64,000 nt of DNA from Thermoplasmatota archaeon. Lineage in GTDB: Archaea > Thermoplasmatota > JAKEGO01. The DNA lies in NCBI GenBank assembly GCA_028279595.1, contig JANQNK010000006.1, positions 128,001-192,000 of the forward strand. Reading direction: 5' to 3'. The notes below the pieces were generated by a model. It saw only the letters and a program-made list of their open reading frames with translations. It did no database searches and had not been told where the DNA came from. Of this stretch, positions 61,501-64,000 are shown piece after piece. The translations under genes and the position numbers were made by a program. The first letter of the stretch is position 1, and each line of letters opens with the position of its first letter.

Positions 61501-62431
61501 ATCCATTAGCATTTGCGAAATATCGAACCGGATCTGCTTGAACCGTGTTATTGGTCGGAATATCATGAGTAGTGAAATGATATTCCTCAGTTCCACCCAT
61601 CCGAATACCTGTGCCGTCCATCATATTTGAAAAAAGTGAGCAGCTAGCAGAAGACGAAAGAGTGATTCCAGAATCTGGTCCAAAGAATCTGTTTTCAATA
61701 ACCAATGTCATTTCAGCGCCAGAAATCGTTAAACCCGAATTATTTCGGTAATTATTTTTCTGAATTGTTGAATTACTACCGACCCCATACCACATCCCAA
61801 TACCTTGACTTAGGAAGCGGTTATGTTCAATGATGTTAGTACTGCCTCGAATATGCATGCCTTGATCACTTTCGATGTGATTCATGAAGAAATGATTGTT
61901 ATCATCAACTGAATTTCTTATAGCCCAACTCTCATCATTTCCACCTTGAAAGAAACAATAGGACACTGTTGTGTTTGGACAATATGGTTGTAGATCGATA
62001 GCAAAATTGGATCGTGAAAAGGAACAATTAGTTATGGTTGTGTTTTCAACGCTCCAAAGTAAAATACCGGCCTTCTGACCACCTTGTGAAATGTTAAAAC
62101 CAGATATGTTACACCAACCGGTATTCCAGAAATACATTACCTCGGCGGTTCCGTCTCCAATGATTCCAGTACCATTAGAGTGATTTCCAAATAGATTTAA
62201 TGAGATTTCGACATGGATATTTTCCTGATAGGAACCGTTGTATACCAAAATGGTATCACCATCAACGGATGCGTTGACCGCATCCTGTATCTTGTTGTAA
62301 TCGGACCATTTGAGATCCGCATCGTCATCGTCGACGATCCAGGTTTCTCCACTCGCTTGAGTGGATCCCAAGAAAAGTACAATTAAGCCAACGGCTAGCG
62401 TGAGACGTAGAACGGCCTTAACGGTCATCAT
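52541..62431 (-). CDS. Giant surface protein/adhesin, 3296 aa: several NosD/pectin-lyase-like beta-helices, Ig-like and FN3 stalk, TM, Ala/Pro/Glu tail and zinc ribbon
   Basis: Four [WY][IV]VDDD-type caps with G.Y.E, N/I-rich PbH1-like repeats, W.[YF].WDT Ig repeats, WTAPGDDG FN3 and CPTC..CPSC. Confidence 0.88.
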   Translation of the reverse strand: MMTVKAVLRLTLAVGLIVLFLGSTQASGETWIVDDDDADLKWSDYNKIQDAVNASVDGDTILVYNGSYQENIHVEISLNLFGNHSNGTGIIGDGTAEVMYFWNTGWCNISGFNISQGGQKAGILLWSVENTTITNCSFSRSNFAIDLQPYCPNTTVSYCFFQGGNDESWAIRNSVDDNNHFFMNHIESDQGMHIRGSTNIIEHNRFLSQGIGMWYGVGSNSTIQKNNYRNNSGLTISGAEMTLVIENRFFGPDSGITLSSSASCSLFSNMMDGTGIRMGGTEEYHFTTHDIPTNNTVQADPVRYFANANGLVVPTDSAQVIIANGTNITVTDQRISSCIIGIDLIYSENCNVTSINNDNITYAGIRILRSESIYCNNNSISSSLNGLIIDHGTMIQVNNSMLSNNNVGVNIEDSDNITISNNIINDSGWGILTDDNEDIDITLNSIYRCGNGIQNTRMISGNISLNNITNSSFDGIRLHDSDLIILNENEIVSSNDRGIHIFFSEFTNFDSLMIHDNEFSDNGDYGIQITGSGSPSSVKIHHNRFIDNGGEFSQGAGGENGTWDYESYGNYWSDYDGTDTDGDNIGDKAYEIDDPGDVYDRYPLMSLDDSNTWIVDDDNGSWRDFEHIQDAINASEDGDTILVYEGYYYEDLVNVSVSVTIIGNGTEEVLVDTYTFDIVNESVTLQSMNLNYTEDGYIWIYGDSCTFDDVKTNITLRMYTNDSVLVNSELKSIEHSRGDRTRIQKNTIYGRIQMSRSNGFAFHDIDFDHTKTESRALRFGIKGHWNITNISVTNCRFDSSHAGIMLEATNMLITNCTFKDVTYGINVSSDSENVEIRNCEVSSGWRGYFVNRSKNVVMVDNSVRAEHGLFVWFSTNISIQNLDCIIVDDSHGNAIEYWDSNNVMMWDSSIVNTSISGNSDVTGIYLDGSPDNYMRNISVIDFSQSLWLDDNSSVQIVNSTLEEDGDDWGDDIWCGGSSITTLNTSFTTVNVWGDSNIIVQNYLHVSVVKATNVATEGVDIHITDNNVTVYSTDGYGGTDPQTGANGTAHWIVITDRTYTDNSTAIENVTAIEMMFGNWTEYRDINMSTSHTEKFTYIEPYAGPTWYVDDDNTGDPEMDGSPDHPFDTILRGMENATINHTLRVWAGTYDENVTVNHTGLWIIGNGSANTTIFGLGTGDVLWLYANDVTISGVRITNSGTGAGDAAIDTNTMTNVTIHDVLVAGSEYGIYIDGSHDVEIINSTAEDSSYGIRSEASQWINITNIDANRNTNTGIWMLDTDNVMITGGSIRKNTNDGIHLEDVPGAYISAVSIEDHGDDGIEISDSDQTVVSGCMIINSTFGIFSSQSSLVQVLSTNVTESSNDGMAFSLLSDNFLVENCSISDSNRGIIVDSTIGGRIGNTTISSSTSSDITVATTGSATTINSDFSSVSVDISSTLTVKNYLQIRVINQYNEPWNNADVNITDNDESVYASAGYNGTDPKTAKNGYIDWVLVTDRIYDGSSTAIENETKAYAMAEGTEANLTINMSWSHVEELVVNMSEEGILYVDDDNAGDPDMDGSRVHPFDTIQKGLDNATIGNVIRIWDGLYREVLNITLEVTLLGNGSTSEISSSDDIVLLTISSHNVTIESVNITNNFNTGTGIHAVDSDNLTIRNSILWALDDGIMINNSENVLIQGTEFERGDTGIQVVEGRNITAMDLSLTNINDEGLGYYNVDEIVIFNNTFDSVDTGIYLDDCGNVTISQCDLSGDDDGLYIFNSLNISMLSCNISTSENGVVIERSEMIHLEQIYIDQPRFGIESIDSSFVNITSSNIKSDTLGVNCVNSSNMVLESIEVISIYLGIKLNESTSIIMRNVSLEGDSYNFGVEGTSLVHYLHDIDTSNSVDGHEMIYLVSQPDMTYINGTYGYIGIVNSSAMVDVVVHNNQQGILAVYCDEVSIRGDLSRNRIGVYSQNSTSLNLTNVELIDTVYGMTIYETDNTRMVRSTIDDTRYALILHNDTDVYLENSTISSQQATEVDNSNVTTLNVSYSGGISVEDGQWVVMNYLLIHVNDTNGQDLEGADVQVKDNDDVIYASNGYGGTDPATNSDGYVRWIIVTDRIHGELGIAQNTTTVDVQTPQWSEQRDVDMTTSHTEWFDEVEPANEKPWVQIFDPEDGASISRSSSYVILGNATDNDGEVILVEIRFDSESSWQSCQGTMDWTYDWDTSLYSPGDHDIHVRSEDNNFEYSEVFTITVELVDNQAPNCTITAPENDVYVNGTVMIEGRADDPEGDMDEVEVAIMPEGVSPSLNDWVQADDTSGNGSWFSWEYEWDTMSPNRTDDGVYDIYARARDGENLTRAVTINVSLDNPDDPTVSIKEPKKDDELVGIITINGTARDPDHDGNVTDVYVAITERGVEPEGSDWQDAEDTSGSKDPYWFWEFEWDTTEIEDGNYTIHAMSYDGGNISEVLSRNVSIDNVNTLPRTFITFPEESDRLSGEVDVTGYTIDPDDELDSVDLTVFWIEDGEVQNQHTLFVPVQKVAWNRWNWTVSWDTRDEEPGNYTLQANSTDRRDGVSPEYLVNVTVWKNVPPLISFTNPDGVDDTVWKGEQSWFFIQWEDDDPDNNATIRIYYDDDDEDFDGTKLHDGVFYEDTLDDNGQPKDDYQWDVTDIPEGDYWLYATIEDGVNEDPTKVYAEYVLPIREGSPNVPPTVEIDQPDGVDDMIDPGDEFTIYFNVSDEDGDEVEVRIFYDTDDERSNGGFEEITETALTESRTEFKWDTDGVDKGSYYIMFKLKDVENEVFIYSDGPITIGDVIEPDGIGSPLAEDVGFGDTLNLTWTAPGDDGDEGRATAYLIRYDNEDITSEGRWDIATNVTNDLVPKEPGENEWIHVVLPDNGTYFFAVRAIDDEGNLGPIVTMSGTPTLLERTNEFSISGGFSIKLTWVGNRIILGGDGFYDDDIPTGVISLDAYVEVVPYGAGEYRDVRMEITYPSSLDDTNGIEDAKIYHLVGAAWMPIDDTETDTEDRTITADLEDLSTFGVFIPISEPPELSSLTYSPDFPTEDDTITFTVIFTYELPNVFPTEVYLFVDETRYEMSWQNGTSIDGMTFYVRTKLPKGEHDIVVKAYGNTFEEISSVETTIYVEEGDDESEFPIMIVAGIVIAVVVVVLLLGMSRQRKKKRAEEMAKEISPTAPVDVIEAEVYEAVVEFEGPPAFSEGEEPPAVAVAAAPAEAAPAEAAAPVEAFPEVPATPPPRLELPTVPGMAPIKKPEPEAPKAIETEVMDIGKIMVAPCPTCGHNLIIPKERPVDIKCPSCEDEFTIE

Positions 62432-62541
62432 GTCATCTCCGGGGGTTCGTATGGCTCCTGGTTATAAATACGTAGTGGAAACGACCGGACGATGGCTCCG
62501 CTGGATATGATGAATTTGAGGGGGGGAAATGTGCGGTGATA

Positions 62542-63999
62542 TCAGTTCACTGTGAACTCTTCTCCGCACTTCTCGCAGCCGATGTCGACGGGCCTCTCCT
62601 TCGGGATTATCAACCTGTTCCCGCAGGACGGGCACGGAGCGAAGATCAGTTTGCCGGTGTCGGTAAGGTCCGCCTCGACGACCTCGGGTTCGACCTCGGC
62701 GGCCGGCGCCTCGGGAACTGTCGGCAGGGTAAGCATTGCGGGAGCTGCTCCCGGCACTGCGGCAACCTCGTGTACCTCCGCGGGCGGAGCCTCTACAGGG
62801 ACTCCCTCGGGCGCAGCGGCTGCAGCCTCGGCCGCGATGTGCGGAGGCACCTCGCCAGCTGGCTCGGCCACCGTCGCTTCTACCTCGACCGGTACCTCGG
62901 CCGTCACTGGCTCACCAACGTCCTCGAAAGCGTCGGATGCCACCGTGGCCTCGACGACGTCCGGTTTCGCGGGCTCCTTCTCGACCGCCTTCTTCTTCCG
63001 ACCGCGCATGACCATCAGTATGATGAGGACCAGGAATATTCCCCCGATCGCACCGAGGATGATGCTCATCGAAATGCCTTCCTCCTCGTCCTTCTCCTTG
63101 ACGATGAGGCTCATTGGCGTGGACTCGGACTCCTCCTCCGGATCGCCCCAGTAGTACTTGGCGAACACGGAATACGATCCCGGGTCGAGCTTGACAGTGG
63201 CAGTGTAGACTATTCCGTCCTCGGGTGTCCCGTTGACCTCGGTTAGGGAGATCCTCTGGTTGTCTGCGAAAAGGTATATCTGGTTCGGCTCCCTGCCGGC
63301 GAGGTCGGTGTAGGTCACCTCGAATGTGACGCTCTGGTCCTCCTTCGGGCTCTGCGGCGACCATGTGACATCCACCTCGGGCTCGCCTATCGGTAGGCCG
63401 AGCGGGGCGAATATCGATAGCTCGTCGAGTACGCACCAGATGGTCCTGTTACCCTCATGGTGGCCAGTCCTGTCGACCTCCTCCCAGCCTGTGAGCGTGC
63501 GCCTGTAGACCTTCGCGTCCGAGACGTCCACCGATGCGAGATTGCTCGGGTAGACGAAGTTCAGCTTCACTTCGCTGACCCACCCCGTTGCTTCGAGAGA
63601 GACGTAGATATCATCCAGTGTTGCCAGACCGGTGCCGACGATCGAGTACTCTCCGACCTCTTCCTGCGCGTCGATCGTTCCGGTTCCCAGCCATGAGTAC
63701 TGAGCCCCGTAGCCGCTCGGAAGGCTCCTGATCGTGCGACCTGTCGTCTCAACGAGCGTCGGAGTGGCTGAACCGGATTCGATCGGCCCCATGTTGTCAG
63801 CGTCGTCGAACGCCCTGACCGCAACGTGGTACTCCGTATCCACCTGGAAGTCATGGCTCAAGGTGAACTCGACCTCTTCACCGGGAGTGGTTGGCCAGTA
63901 GAGTGTCATTGAATTCGATGCATCATCCCAGTCGTCCTCATCATCGATTGACGATGACGATGACCGGATCATGTAGTAAGCGATATCACCGGACCATCG
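62542..63999 (-). CDS. C-terminal part of a paralogous giant surface protein; runs off the window edge
   Basis: Same FN3-stalk-TM-tail-zinc ribbon end: APCP.CG..LIIPKERPVDI.C..C..EFT. Confidence 0.85.
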   Translation of the reverse strand, partial: RWSGDIAYYMIRSSSSSIDDEDDWDDASNSMTLYWPTTPGEEVEFTLSHDFQVDTEYHVAVRAFDDADNMGPIESGSATPTLVETTGRTIRSLPSGYGAQYSWLGTGTIDAQEEVGEYSIVGTGLATLDDIYVSLEATGWVSEVKLNFVYPSNLASVDVSDAKVYRRTLTGWEEVDRTGHHEGNRTIWCVLDELSIFAPLGLPIGEPEVDVTWSPQSPKEDQSVTFEVTYTDLAGREPNQIYLFADNQRISLTEVNGTPEDGIVYTATVKLDPGSYSVFAKYYWGDPEEESESTPMSLIVKEKDEEEGISMSIILGAIGGIFLVLIILMVMRGRKKKAVEKEPAKPDVVEATVASDAFEDVGEPVTAEVPVEVEATVAEPAGEVPPHIAAEAAAAAPEGVPVEAPPAEVHEVAAVPGAAPAMLTLPTVPEAPAAEVEPEVVEADLTDTGKLIFAPCPSCGNRLIIPKERPVDIGCEKCGEEFTVN

Positions 64000-64000
64000 A

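Noticed and set aside
52541-62431. Diversity-generating retroelement target
   Set aside because: No reverse transcriptase, and no near-identical TR/VR pair with adenine-specific mismatches is visible in the window.
62472-62483. ORB-like TAGTGGAAAC upstream of the giant surface gene
   Set aside because: Only a half-site match, with no G-string or AT-rich unwinding element.

Overview
Archaeal chromosomal window with high GC, most consistent with an uncultured Thermoplasmatota lineage. The basis for that call is the archaeal Cbf5, Cdc6/Orc1, rps24e/rps27ae, DUF106-cmk-cbf5 without rpl14e, dnaG next to a protease-less Lon ATPase, and large acidic surface proteins. Most of it is housekeeping: W/Mo-cofactor genes behind an AOR, cmk, cbf5, hutU, dnaG, pyk, polB, cdc6 with a probable oriC, nadM, gdhA, three tRNAs, a 55-aa histone-fold gene, coaBC and purL, plus a block of very large surface proteins. 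No CRISPR array, integrase or transposase was seen. The best candidate for an undescribed system is a tightly coupled six-gene minus-strand operon at 11144-19736. It encodes a multi-pass membrane surface protein, an adaptor-like protein and four coiled-coil proteins. Four consecutive products end in the same DnaJ-type CxxCxGxG zinc finger, and three start with a shared M[IV][KR][VMI][IV]xE[DE]E peptide, which suggests a membrane-anchored head-to-tail filament or scaffold. A STAND-TPR NTPase lies immediately downstream. Other notable signals are a promoter-flanked ~70-nt hairpin that copies the tRNA-Ile 3' end, a switch-like structured leader and a canonical ORB box upstream of dnaG, four genes that appear to start at CTG/ATC/ACG at the exact SD spacing used by ATG genes, and a 3296-aa adhesin with a GC-mosaic cassette architecture. 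All family assignments come from motif recognition by eye; no searches were run.
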